Part shown: in pieces, positions 38,799-48,287 of the stretch
How the letters are laid out: the number at the start of each line of letters is the position of its first letter
Position numbering within the stretch: the first letter of the stretch is position 1
Source of the DNA: a virus
Taxonomy: Duplodnaviria > Caudoviricetes
IMG/VR virus record: IMGVR_UViG_3300032304_000756
Coordinates: 1 to 60,310 of that record
Strand: one strand, 5' to 3'
Length of the DNA: 60,310 nucleotides
The notes under the pieces: generated by a model
Databases searched by the model: none
What the model was told of the DNA's origin: nothing
The model's input: the letters and a program-made list of their open reading frames with translations, nothing else
Made by a program: the position numbers and the translations under genes

Positions 38799-40187
38799 TT
38801 ATAGTTTCTTGAAGGTATCCACAATCTTAGATTGGGATCCGTTCGTAACTGATGCGCTGGAACTTGAATCTGTCTTTGCAGGAGTGTGGCCTGCGGGATT
38901 TAAGTTTTCGTGACCTAACCACGGCTCATGTTCAGGAACTCGTTTTGGCGCACTGGCTGGACCGCAGGCTGCGGCTGCTGGTCCGTTCATATGAATGTTA
39001 GCCGCAGTTTCCACATGGTTGCCGCCTGCTTTAATATTACTCTGTCCGCTTACAGTAATTTTACTATCTGCTCCAACTTTTACTAACCAGTCTGCTCCGC
39101 TGTCAAAGTGCATTTTTGCACCTGAAATTAAATTAACGTTCCTGCCGGCTTTCATATTGATATCTCTATCAGCAGAAATGTTTAAATCGTTTTTAGTATG
39201 GATGCTAATGCTGTCTTCGGCAAAGATGTCAATTTTTCCATTACTGGTTAACTCTATCCAAGTTGTGCCTCGGGCATTTCCTATATAAATTAAATCTTCA
39301 CTGTTGTGTAATAGTATTTGATGGCCAGTACGGGTTCTAATACGCACAAGTTCGTTATGGGGAATATCCTTTACTCCGCCCTTGCCATTTACAGATACGT
39401 ATGACGATGTAGTTGTTGAAGCGGGTCCTGTTCTTAAATAATTTTCATCACCGTCGTCCATGACAAATGTTGAGCCGCCGAGTCTGCCAACAAACGCACC
39501 TTTAAGTGGATTTTCTTTTGAACCCACTGTGCCCCTAGTCTGCCCCGATAGTCTATCCACCGGGCCTGGTGTGCTTATTCCAAACACATTACTAGGACTC
39601 TCTCGTCTGGCAGAACTGGTTGTAATTCCACGAACTTCGTCCGTTAATAATCCTTGTGTACTTAAAATACTGCTGAACGGGTGTACTGGTTTTTTGATCT
39701 GTGTCGAGTCTGGTTGATCTCCAACAACAAGTTTTCTATTAAACTCTGCAACTGGTTCCTTCGAAGGCGGCATTTTGGTATTCAACTCAGTTGCTGCCAG
39801 GCCTGGTATCATGAAATTCATATACTCGTCTTGTACGCATCCTATCCAGAAACCGTTACTAGTGTCTCCTTCAATAAACATAACAACCACAATTCCGCCT
39901 TCAGTAGGAGGAACCATCCACATTCCATAACTCTTTTGTGTGTCACCGTAGGTATTATTTTTACCCACATGATCGATGTTTGTGACTCCGTAAAACGGAC
40001 TTAGATATCTTACAGGATATGTGCTACCTTCGCTGCCGGGAACGTTACCCACATCACGCAATAGTTGAACATGAAGTGTGCCCATATACTTGTTATCTTC
40101 GCTTCTGACCACTCGTGCTAGGTGTGGCCCTGGATCAACTTTCGCACCGCTCGTTTCATTAGATCTTTTTGTTTCATTTGCTGACAT
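38799..40187 (-). CDS. Baseplate central spike, gp5/VgrG-like (no lysozyme domain recognised)
   Basis: OB-fold-like N-terminus 'SYGMWMVPPTEGGIVVVMF...GFWIGC', 'RIRTRTGHQILL', beta-helix repeats, tip 'IHMNGP...PEHEPW'. Confidence 0.75.
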   Translation of the reverse strand: MSANETKRSNETSGAKVDPGPHLARVVRSEDNKYMGTLHVQLLRDVGNVPGSEGSTYPVRYLSPFYGVTNIDHVGKNNTYGDTQKSYGMWMVPPTEGGIVVVMFIEGDTSNGFWIGCVQDEYMNFMIPGLAATELNTKMPPSKEPVAEFNRKLVVGDQPDSTQIKKPVHPFSSILSTQGLLTDEVRGITTSSARRESPSNVFGISTPGPVDRLSGQTRGTVGSKENPLKGAFVGRLGGSTFVMDDGDENYLRTGPASTTTSSYVSVNGKGGVKDIPHNELVRIRTRTGHQILLHNSEDLIYIGNARGTTWIELTSNGKIDIFAEDSISIHTKNDLNISADRDINMKAGRNVNLISGAKMHFDSGADWLVKVGADSKITVSGQSNIKAGGNHVETAANIHMNGPAAAACGPASAPKRVPEHEPWLGHENLNPAGHTPAKTDSSSSASVTNGSQSKIVDTFKKL

Positions 40188-42682
40188 TATGCGCCGCCTC
40201 TTGGTCTTCCTGGAATTGGTATTCCGGTATTAGTGTATTCAACTTGGCTTTCTCTAGAGCCGTTAGATACAGAATCTATAGATTTTTTAGATGCTTGACC
40301 TGGACGCTGTGTTAACGACTTGCCTTCATCAGTACTTGGAGGCAATACCTTTTCACCTTTATAGGCTGTGTTGTATACTCCAGTTTTACCAGTCCTAGGA
40401 TCAGTAAACGAAAATCTACCTGAACTGTTACCGGCACTACGTCTTGCAGATGCAAATGCCTGAGCAAACGTTTGTTGTTTTGGTGGTTCAGGTTTCGACG
40501 ACGCTTGTTCAGCCACTGGAACAGGGTCATTGGTAGCATTGCCAACTGGTCCAGTATAACTACTTCCGCTATTTGGTGCTGCCGTTGGTGTTGCCGACTG
40601 TTGTTTAATATCTGGTTTTTCTTCTTTAACTGGGTCCTGAATTGGACGTCTTATAGCCTTCAGTGTCTGTGTAAATTTTCCGCCTTTGAACATATTAGTA
40701 ACTTCTTGAACATTGTATAGTCCGCTGAATCCTGCGTTCTGTACTCCAGACATAAAGTCCATTTCTCCAGTGATGCGATTATAATCGGTTGGGGTTCTAA
40801 AGTTAACAATTATGTCAACTTCACCGCTTTGATAATTCATTGAACCGTTTGCATTTTCGTTAAAGTTTACAGGTACATCACTGAAGTTACCCAGGCCGCT
40901 GTCGGCAATATAATACGGATCTCCAATTATTTCAATTTCTGCTGTCATTAAATCTGCCTGACTGTTTAATAACGATTCGTAAAAGTTTTTAGCAACTAGG
41001 CTACGATAATCGTCATTGGGGCCTCCGCCTGCATTTTTATATCGGCGATGTAACTCTCCCACAGGTGCAGTTGGTACTCCTTTCTCGACTGCGCTCTTGT
41101 TTGACTCGTCGTTGGTGGGCTGACCCGCAGTGCCGACACCTTGTCCATTTATCTGTGGATATACTGAACCGGCTAGTGCATTTTTATCAGCATACGCAGT
41201 GGTAAACATACCTGCTTTTAATTGAATGTTGAACGTGATAATATCTACGTTTTTACCTGTGTATATATAGTTATAGGCTTTAACAGCATTTTTCTTTAAT
41301 TCATCATAACCCTGAGGTTGCGCACCCGGTGGCTTGAATCTATGCTCATGAACTGAATATTCTACAACTTTAAAAACATATAGTTTGGGAATTTTTGCTC
41401 TGTTATTATTGCCTGGTTGCGGTTTTAAATTAAACACTTGTGTTTCAATTCTAAACCATTTTTTTAATCCCTTGTTGTCTGAAGGAGCAGACACACTTTT
41501 TTTGCAAAACTCACTCATTAATAACACTTCTGTAATGGCATTAATGATTGATGTCCCTTGAGCAAATTTAAAAACTTTATCTTTAGGATCATATACGTTA
41601 TCTTTTCTTGAATTAGGTTTATCTGGATCTGGTTGTATCTGATCTTTGGGTTTTAACTGAGAATCTCCGCCGGTGTTTAAGTCGAATCCCATCTTGGCCG
41701 AACCTATTTCGTTCAGCGACTCCGTATTTTGTACCAGCATTTTTATGGATGCGGCAGATCCACCGACAGAGGTACTAGTTTTGTTTAGTGTTAACTTTTC
41801 TTGTACTTTTTTATTGTTCGAGGCTGTTGCAGAATTTGTTGTAGCAGATTGTCCGGCATCGTCTTGCAACTCAGTAGATGATATTTGCGCACCATCTTTA
41901 GGAAAAATAATAACAACTTCATCAGGAACGTATTCTTCTTTGCCTGTTTCACTGCCTTGTTTGGCCATCTCTTTACCGCGTTCATTGATCCAACGTTGTA
42001 AACTATTAGTGCCTGATTGTAAAATTTCTTGTACAGTTGTACCACTAATTTTTATGTCTGACTTTAGAATGTTAACTTGATCTGATAGTGCCGATTCATT
42101 GTATGGAACTGCTGTGCATTTGTAACGACACCCAGAAGCAGAAATATCCATTTCAATCTGTGCCCAAGTAAACGGAATATGTCTGTTTAACACATCGTCC
42201 ACTGGTACAATATTTCCTGCACTGTCATACCCTATAAACTCTATAGTCATGAGGAATGGCATGTCTGTATAATTGACTGTCATGCCTTGATCGGACTGCG
42301 CGGCAGCGGCCAACTGTAATGTCTGCAAAAACATACCTAACGAATAAGGTTCAAAAATATCAAAACTAATATTTGTCGAGTTAGTGCCTTTTGTACGTTT
42401 GTCGTAGGTCATCAAACTACCAATCTCAATATTGTCAATATAAAAGTCAAACTTACCTGACGGATTTGCCGATGATGTGTATGCAGTCATTACTCTGTTA
42501 TCAGGCTTGCCACCACCACTTCTTAATATAATTTGTCCTAGTTGATTATTTTTGTAACTGGTGGATGATTCTGGAAAATTAATTTGATCGCTGGTCAGCG
42601 CACTAATTGTAAAAATACTAGTGTAAGATGTAAACTTTTCTAATACGTTGGGTTTAATTCCAAGGCTATCTTCTAACGGCAT
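40187..42682 (-). CDS. Baseplate hub protein (putative)
   Basis: Lies between the gp53-like and gp5-like genes. 'EIEIIGDPYY', 'FSGLYNVQEVTNMFKGGKFTQTL'. Confidence 0.6.
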   Translation of the reverse strand: MPLEDSLGIKPNVLEKFTSYTSIFTISALTSDQINFPESSTSYKNNQLGQIILRSGGGKPDNRVMTAYTSSANPSGKFDFYIDNIEIGSLMTYDKRTKGTNSTNISFDIFEPYSLGMFLQTLQLAAAAQSDQGMTVNYTDMPFLMTIEFIGYDSAGNIVPVDDVLNRHIPFTWAQIEMDISASGCRYKCTAVPYNESALSDQVNILKSDIKISGTTVQEILQSGTNSLQRWINERGKEMAKQGSETGKEEYVPDEVVIIFPKDGAQISSTELQDDAGQSATTNSATASNNKKVQEKLTLNKTSTSVGGSAASIKMLVQNTESLNEIGSAKMGFDLNTGGDSQLKPKDQIQPDPDKPNSRKDNVYDPKDKVFKFAQGTSIINAITEVLLMSEFCKKSVSAPSDNKGLKKWFRIETQVFNLKPQPGNNNRAKIPKLYVFKVVEYSVHEHRFKPPGAQPQGYDELKKNAVKAYNYIYTGKNVDIITFNIQLKAGMFTTAYADKNALAGSVYPQINGQGVGTAGQPTNDESNKSAVEKGVPTAPVGELHRRYKNAGGGPNDDYRSLVAKNFYESLLNSQADLMTAEIEIIGDPYYIADSGLGNFSDVPVNFNENANGSMNYQSGEVDIIVNFRTPTDYNRITGEMDFMSGVQNAGFSGLYNVQEVTNMFKGGKFTQTLKAIRRPIQDPVKEEKPDIKQQSATPTAAPNSGSSYTGPVGNATNDPVPVAEQASSKPEPPKQQTFAQAFASARRSAGNSSGRFSFTDPRTGKTGVYNTAYKGEKVLPPSTDEGKSLTQRPGQASKKSIDSVSNGSRESQVEYTNTGIPIPGRPRGGA

Positions 42683-42683
42683 A

Positions 42684-42983
42684 TTATAATCCTAACACAT
42701 CAAACAAACTGGATTTTTTAGGAATGTAAATGCTTACACCGGATCTAAAATCAAATAACGGGTCTGATAATACATCCATGTTACGTTGCATAAACACCCA
42801 CCATAACTTTGTAGATCCGTATAAGTCATAGGCTAGTAAGTCAGGTCTATGATTGTATTGAGGTTCGATGGTATATACCCAGTCGTCGGGTTCTGCACTT
42901 ACAGGTCTAATATTGATTGGTGCTAGAAATCCTGGTAATTCTTGAGTTTTAAACCAAGGACTTTTGTTGTTATAATTTGCCAT
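42684..42983 (-). CDS. Baseplate wedge gp53-like (LysM-type) protein
   Basis: 'YNHRPDLLAYDLYGSTKLWWVF...N...DP...IYIP'. Confidence 0.8.
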   Translation of the reverse strand: MANYNNKSPWFKTQELPGFLAPINIRPVSAEPDDWVYTIEPQYNHRPDLLAYDLYGSTKLWWVFMQRNMDVLSDPLFDFRSGVSIYIPKKSSLFDVLGL

Positions 42984-43870
42984 TAAATAAATCCTGATTT
43001 ATTATTGCCAGAGCCAAGCACATAATCGCCTTTGATAAATCTATCAAGACTAAAGTTACGAACTTGTTCTCTACTGTACAATGGTTGCACCGTTACTGTT
43101 ATGGTGCTTTTAACTGGCGCCCATGCAACACCTTGTGCCACACTGGATCCCGGTAAATTGATGCCTACCAGTGCTGCCGCTTTTGAAATTACACCTGCAC
43201 TAGGTGCACCTGCCGAAAGTCCTGTGGAAATATAATCACAGTCGTTGGGCATTTCAACTTGGAAATTTGTACACACTACTGGCACATCTTTAAACACATA
43301 ATCTCCGTAGCCGTTTAATTTAACCACAGGGGGTGGAGCACCAGCATTTGCATCTGCTCCAAATGCCATCTTTGTTATGGATTTCAAATAGTGTACAGCC
43401 GCAACCCAATACGCGGCTTCTACAGAATCTTCACAGAAAAATTGTCCTGTGATAGTCATTGCATCAACTTTGCTGTTTTCGTATGACAAGAAAGGATAAT
43501 TATTATGCACAGGCGTCATTGGCTGATAAGTGGCTGAATGTGTCATCATTATCGAAGGCGTAAACGGAAACACCATGCCATTAGTTTCTATCAAGGGTCT
43601 CAAAATTGAACTGGATTTGTACGCAGGATTATTGGGCAGACTTAGTCTTACTCGCCAATCTCTGCTGGCAGACGAGCTAAAAATTGCGGCCGCTGGATTA
43701 CCCGACCTACCCGTTTCGCCGCCTGGCAGTAAATTTACACTACGCAGTGCCGCACCAAACCCTTCTGTTTTTAATGTGTTTACCGTGTTAGTAATAGTGC
43801 CCAACGTACCGGCTACAGAGCCTGCAATTGATCTTGCACCGCTAACGAAATTGTTTAAGTCTACTGGCAT
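42983..43870 (-). CDS. Tail-tube initiator / baseplate tail-tube cap-like protein
   Basis: 'GMVFPFTPSI', 'GAPPPVVKLNGYG..VFKDVPVV' and context. Confidence 0.6.
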   Translation of the reverse strand: MPVDLNNFVSGARSIAGSVAGTLGTITNTVNTLKTEGFGAALRSVNLLPGGETGRSGNPAAAIFSSSASRDWRVRLSLPNNPAYKSSSILRPLIETNGMVFPFTPSIMMTHSATYQPMTPVHNNYPFLSYENSKVDAMTITGQFFCEDSVEAAYWVAAVHYLKSITKMAFGADANAGAPPPVVKLNGYGDYVFKDVPVVCTNFQVEMPNDCDYISTGLSAGAPSAGVISKAAALVGINLPGSSVAQGVAWAPVKSTITVTVQPLYSREQVRNFSLDRFIKGDYVLGSGNNKSGFI

Positions 43871-43892
43871 TTTTGGTTATCCTTGTTAAACA

Positions 43893-43899
43893 TATTTAT
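43893..43899 (-). promoter_or_regulatory. Late promoter box for the baseplate operon
   Basis: ATAAATA on the minus strand upstream of the AAGGA SD and ATG 43870. Confidence 0.6.
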
Positions 43900-43927
43900 T
43901 GACTTTATTAAGTGCAGAGTTTATAAT
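43899..43927 (+). promoter_or_regulatory. Sigma70-type promoter for the late sigma gene
   Basis: TTGACT, 17 nt, TATAAT. Confidence 0.75.
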
Positions 43928-43951
43928 TTATATTGAGGAGTCACAATTATA

Positions 43952-44782
43952 ATGAAAAAAGTAAACTACCTGAATAACAAGGATTTGTTATCAGAGATAC
44001 ACAAAAGCAAGAACTCTTACAGCAGTTTTGTTAAGCCCGAATACCATCAATACGACTTAATACTACCAAGTTTAGAAAAAATCAACATTAGAACTGTTGC
44101 AGAAGCAAAACGAGTCAAGGCAAAACGACTACAGCAACAAGCATTTGAAAAAGCCAAAGCCGAAAATCCCAAAGTAAAAGTTGCAGAATTTGAAATAGAT
44201 TACAAAAAAATAGAAAAAATAGATCTAGTTTTTCGAATCATGACCTACGATCATATTCCGTTGGAACCTGGACGCAAACGTACACCAAAGACTCTAGCAG
44301 ATCACAGAGAAAAAGTTAACTTTCCAGCATTTCAACATTGGAAATTTGACGACACTGACACTCTAATCTGCGTGGGCAAAAGTCACTGGAAAGGCGGAAT
44401 GCTTAAAGGAAAGTTCAGCAAGGATCACGGTCAGATTACGGACACATTGGCCCGTATGTATATCAAACTCTGCGAGCGATATGCTACCAGAGGCAACGTT
44501 AGGGGTTATACCTACAACGACGAAATGAAGGGACAAGCCATCCTTCAACTTACACAAATTGGACTGCAATTCGATGAATCAAAAAGTGATAATCCTTTCG
44601 CATATTTTACCGCCGCGGTTACTAACTCGTTTGTCCGTGTCATCAATATTGAAAAGAAAATGCAGAATATCCGAGACGATATCTTGCAAGAAAACGGTAT
44701 GAACCCAAGTTATACTCGTATGATTAATCAAGAATACGATAACGCACTAAAACGAGAGAATCCACCGGTGGCCACTGATTGA
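43952..44782 (+). CDS. gp55: Late-transcription sigma factor, gp55-like
   Basis: 'NYLNNKDLL', 'RGYTYNDEM', 'FDESKSDNPFAYFT...NSFVRVINIEKK'. Directly upstream of gp47/gp46. Confidence 0.85.
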   Translation: MKKVNYLNNKDLLSEIHKSKNSYSSFVKPEYHQYDLILPSLEKINIRTVAEAKRVKAKRLQQQAFEKAKAENPKVKVAEFEIDYKKIEKIDLVFRIMTYDHIPLEPGRKRTPKTLADHREKVNFPAFQHWKFDDTDTLICVGKSHWKGGMLKGKFSKDHGQITDTLARMYIKLCERYATRGNVRGYTYNDEMKGQAILQLTQIGLQFDESKSDNPFAYFTAAVTNSFVRVINIEKKMQNIRDDILQENGMNPSYTRMINQEYDNALKRENPPVATD

Positions 44783-44808
44783 CAGTGCTGTTGTTTTTCT
44801 GCTATAAT
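44779..44808 (+). promoter_or_regulatory. Sigma70-type promoter for gp47
   Basis: TTGACA, 18 nt, TATAAT with an extended TGn. Confidence 0.7.
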
Positions 44809-44824
44809 AACAAAAAGGATTATA

Positions 44825-45829
44825 ATGTTTAAAAAGGTTGCATGTTTTACAGACATACACTTTGGGTTGAAATCAAATTCCGCAACGCATAATCAAGACT
44901 GCGAAGATTTTGTAGATTGGTTTATTGCTGAGGCTAAAAAAGAAGGCTGTGAAACAGGCATCTTTTTAGGAGACTGGCATCACAATCGTAATAGCCTTAA
45001 TATGCTTACTATGCACAGCTCAATACGCTGTCTAGAAAAATTAGGCAAAGCGTTTGATCAGTTTTATTTCTTTCCAGGTAATCACGACTTGTACTACAAA
45101 GACAAGCGTGATATTCATTCGGTTGATTGGGGCAGACATATTCCCGGAGTTACTGTTATCAGCGACATCACAACCATTGGAGATGTCACACTGGTACCGT
45201 GGTTGGTCGGTGATGAATGGCGTAAGATGGAAAAATTAAAGAGTCGATATATTTTTGGACACTTTGAACTGCCGTTGTTTATGATGAACGCCATGGTACA
45301 AATGCCAGACCACGGTGAACTACAGGCCAGCAATTTTAAAAATCCAGAATACGTGTTCAGTGGACATTTTCATAAAAGACAGGCAAAGGAAAACATTGTC
45401 TATATCGGCAATTCTTTTCCGCACAACTATGCAGATGCATGGGACGATGATCGTGGCATGATGATTTTACAACATGGTGAGAAACCAGTGTATAAAGTGT
45501 GGGATGATGCTCCTAAGTTTAAAACTGTAAAATTAAGTCGTCTAATAGATGAGTCTGAAACATTAATTCTTCCTAAAACATATTTGCGTGTGGGCATTGA
45601 TATTGATATCAGTTTTGAGGAAGCCAGTTTTATTAAAGAAACATTCATGGGCCAGGCTAATATTAGAGAACTTACACTAATTCCTGAAAAGAAAGATGTT
45701 GAGATTAACACTGCCTTAGATGTTCAACAATTTGAAAGTGTAGATCAAATTGTCAGCAATCAGATAGCCAGTATTCAAAGCGACACGTACGACCCTAAAG
45801 TACTACTTGCGATTTACAATAATTTATGA
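44825..45829 (+). CDS. gp47: Recombination nuclease subunit (Mre11/SbcD-like)
   Basis: 'TDIHFG', 'LGDWHH', 'GNHD', 'GHFE', 'SGHFH' metallophosphoesterase motifs. Confidence 0.92.
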   Translation: MFKKVACFTDIHFGLKSNSATHNQDCEDFVDWFIAEAKKEGCETGIFLGDWHHNRNSLNMLTMHSSIRCLEKLGKAFDQFYFFPGNHDLYYKDKRDIHSVDWGRHIPGVTVISDITTIGDVTLVPWLVGDEWRKMEKLKSRYIFGHFELPLFMMNAMVQMPDHGELQASNFKNPEYVFSGHFHKRQAKENIVYIGNSFPHNYADAWDDDRGMMILQHGEKPVYKVWDDAPKFKTVKLSRLIDESETLILPKTYLRVGIDIDISFEEASFIKETFMGQANIRELTLIPEKKDVEINTALDVQQFESVDQIVSNQIASIQSDTYDPKVLLAIYNNL

Positions 45830-47607
45830 TAAGAATAAAAGATTTAACAGTACGTAATTTTATGAGCGTGGGTAACGCTACCCAGGCTGTCGACTTCTGT
45901 AAAGAACAACTGACTCTTGTGCTGGGTGAAAACTTAGATCAAGGCGGAGATGACAGTGGTAGCCGTAATGGCACAGGTAAAACTACCATTGTCAATGCGC
46001 TAAGTTACGGACTGTACGGCACTGCACTTACTAATATTAAAAAAGATAATCTTATTAACAAGATTAATTCTAAAAATATGTTAGTCACTGTGGAGTTTGA
46101 AAAAGACGGCAGGTTGTATAGGATCGAGCGTGGTCGTAAACCCAACGTTTTAAAATTTTATGTGGACGATCAAGTTCAAGAAAATGCAGACATCGATGAT
46201 GAAGGACAGGGAGACAGTAGAGAAACTCAAAAAGACATCGACGAGTTATTAGGCATGAGCCATGATATGTTTAAACATATCATTGCATTAAACACTTATA
46301 CAGAACCGTTCTTATCAATGAAAGCCAATGATCAACGTGTGATCATTGAGCAACTGCTGGGTATTACTTTGCTGAGTGAAAAAGCAGAAAATCTCAAAGA
46401 ACAAGTACGCATTACCAAAGAAGAAATTACACAAGAAAGCGCAAGGATCGATGCTGTCAAAAAAAGCAACGACAAGATACAAGAAAGTATTGACAGTTTA
46501 AAACTAAAACAAACTGTTTGGCAACGTACTAAAGACTCTGATATTAGTAAAATACAACGAGCCATAGACGAACTTGCGGGTTTAGACATTGATGCAGAAA
46601 TTGCACAACACGATAAACTAAAAGTTTATGATGAACTAGCGGCTAAGATTAAGAGTCTTAATAAAGAAAAAGCCACGCTAGAAACTGCGACAATGCAAGC
46701 AGACAAAACTGTTAAAAAATATCAAAAAGAGATATCGCAATTAGCACAAAATACTTGCCCGGCATGTGAACAGGAACTGCATGACCATAAACACGAAGAA
46801 ATGATTAAAGCGTCAGAGAAAAATCTGGCAGATGCAGATACATACTTGTCCAAGGTAGCGGGAGATCTCGAATTGATTATTAAAGAACTCGAGTCTATTG
46901 GTGACATCAACGGTCGACCAACAACATTCTACGACACACTAAACGAAGCCTATAATCATAGGAGCAATTTAGATAGTCTTGCAGTACAATTAAAAAACAA
47001 ACAAGATGAACGAGATACTTATCAAGAGCAGATCACTGAATTAGAACATACTGCACTTCAGGATGTGTCTTGGGATTCTGTTAACAGTTTAAATTTGATG
47101 AAAGAACATCAAGAATTTTTATTAAAACTGTTAACATCAAAAGATTCGTTTATTCGTAAGAAGATCATTGACCAGAATCTTGCTTACTTGAATAACCGTC
47201 TCACTTATTACCTTGATAAGGTGGGTCTACCTCACACCGTTGTATTCCAAAATGACCTAACGGTAGAAATAACCCAACTCGGACAAGATCTCGATTTTGA
47301 TAACTTGAGCCGGGGAGAAAGGAATCGCTTAATCTTAGGATTGTCGTGGGCGTTCCGTGATGTTTGGGAAAGTTTATATCAAAACATCAATCTCTTATTC
47401 ATTGATGAGCTTATTGACAGCGGCATGGATGCTAATGGCGTTGAAAATTCTCTGAGTGTCTTGAAAAAGATGGGCAGAGAACGCAGTAAGAACATCTATC
47501 TAATCTCTCATAGGGACGAATTAGTAGGTCGAGTGAACAACGTGCTCAAGGTAATAAAAGAAAACGGGTTCACCAGTTATGCTAACGATATAGAAGTGTA
47601 TGACTGA
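45826..47607 (+). CDS. gp46: Recombination ATPase subunit (Rad50/SbcC-like)
   Basis: Walker A 'NGTGKTT', zinc hook 'CPAC', signature 'LSRGE', Walker B 'LFIDE', coiled coils. Confidence 0.93.
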   Translation: MIRIKDLTVRNFMSVGNATQAVDFCKEQLTLVLGENLDQGGDDSGSRNGTGKTTIVNALSYGLYGTALTNIKKDNLINKINSKNMLVTVEFEKDGRLYRIERGRKPNVLKFYVDDQVQENADIDDEGQGDSRETQKDIDELLGMSHDMFKHIIALNTYTEPFLSMKANDQRVIIEQLLGITLLSEKAENLKEQVRITKEEITQESARIDAVKKSNDKIQESIDSLKLKQTVWQRTKDSDISKIQRAIDELAGLDIDAEIAQHDKLKVYDELAAKIKSLNKEKATLETATMQADKTVKKYQKEISQLAQNTCPACEQELHDHKHEEMIKASEKNLADADTYLSKVAGDLELIIKELESIGDINGRPTTFYDTLNEAYNHRSNLDSLAVQLKNKQDERDTYQEQITELEHTALQDVSWDSVNSLNLMKEHQEFLLKLLTSKDSFIRKKIIDQNLAYLNNRLTYYLDKVGLPHTVVFQNDLTVEITQLGQDLDFDNLSRGERNRLILGLSWAFRDVWESLYQNINLLFIDELIDSGMDANGVENSLSVLKKMGRERSKNIYLISHRDELVGRVNNVLKVIKENGFTSYANDIEVYD

Positions 47608-47827
47608 CGATATAAAAGATGATACTCATGACCGGCTGGTTAAAGCATTCATAGAGTATTCACGCTGGAACGAACGTTTTGAACGTTATGGTTATCATGG
47701 TTCCAGCGTACAGGCACGTGAGTTCCTCAGGGACATACGTGTGTTATCCACAGCAAGGCGAATAGAAATACAGGCACAGCGAAAATTAAACAAAAAGGCC
47801 AAAACGGAAGGCAGTGACGACGAGTAA
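47600..47827 (+). CDS. Hypothetical protein
   Basis: Overlaps the gp46 stop. Helical and basic. Confidence 0.6.
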   Translation: MTDDIKDDTHDRLVKAFIEYSRWNERFERYGYHGSSVQAREFLRDIRVLSTARRIEIQAQRKLNKKAKTEGSDDE

Positions 47828-47842
47828 CTGGTATATACGTGC

Positions 47843-48286
47843 ATGTCGTGGCACTATCAAAATATATTAGTCGAAGAAATTCCCGAAGGCGTTATAGGCT
47901 TTGTTTATCTCATCACTAATAATCAATCTGGACAGAAATATATAGGCAAAAAACTAGCACAGTTTAAGCGCACAAAACCACCACTCAAAGGCAAAAAACT
48001 CAAAAGACGTAGCACAGTAGAAAGCGATTGGCGTGAATACTGGGGCTCATCTGAGAGACTACAAGCAGACGTCCACGCACTAGGTCCAGAAAAATTCACA
48101 CGAGAAATACTTTATTTTTGCAAATCCAAGGCAGAAATGTCTTATCTAGAGGCAAGAGAGCAATTCGAACGCAGAGTTTTAGAAACCGACGACTACTATA
48201 ACGGCATTATTAACGTTCGTGTAGGCGGTTCAAACATACTAAGACAGCGTCTTCAAGAACAATCACAGGCAAAATCAAACGGTTAA
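47843..48286 (+). CDS. Small GIY-YIG-family endonuclease (catalytic domain only)
   Basis: 'GFVYLITN...KYIGKK', 'YWGSS', 'FTREIL', 'YLEAREQ', 'YYNG'. Confidence 0.8.
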   Translation: MSWHYQNILVEEIPEGVIGFVYLITNNQSGQKYIGKKLAQFKRTKPPLKGKKLKRRSTVESDWREYWGSSERLQADVHALGPEKFTREILYFCKSKAEMSYLEAREQFERRVLETDDYYNGIINVRVGGSNILRQRLQEQSQAKSNG

Positions 48287-48287
48287 T

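Noticed and set aside
14779-43889. Numerous 60-135 aa ORFs overlapping the long minus-strand structural genes
   Set aside because: Antisense or alternate-frame shadows of long genes, with no SD or recognisable motifs.
47843-48286. Ordinary intron-encoded or free-standing homing endonuclease
   Set aside because: Not inside an intron and lacks recognisable NUMOD/HTH/zinc-finger DNA-binding extensions. A sequence-tolerant host-DNA nuclease role cannot be excluded.
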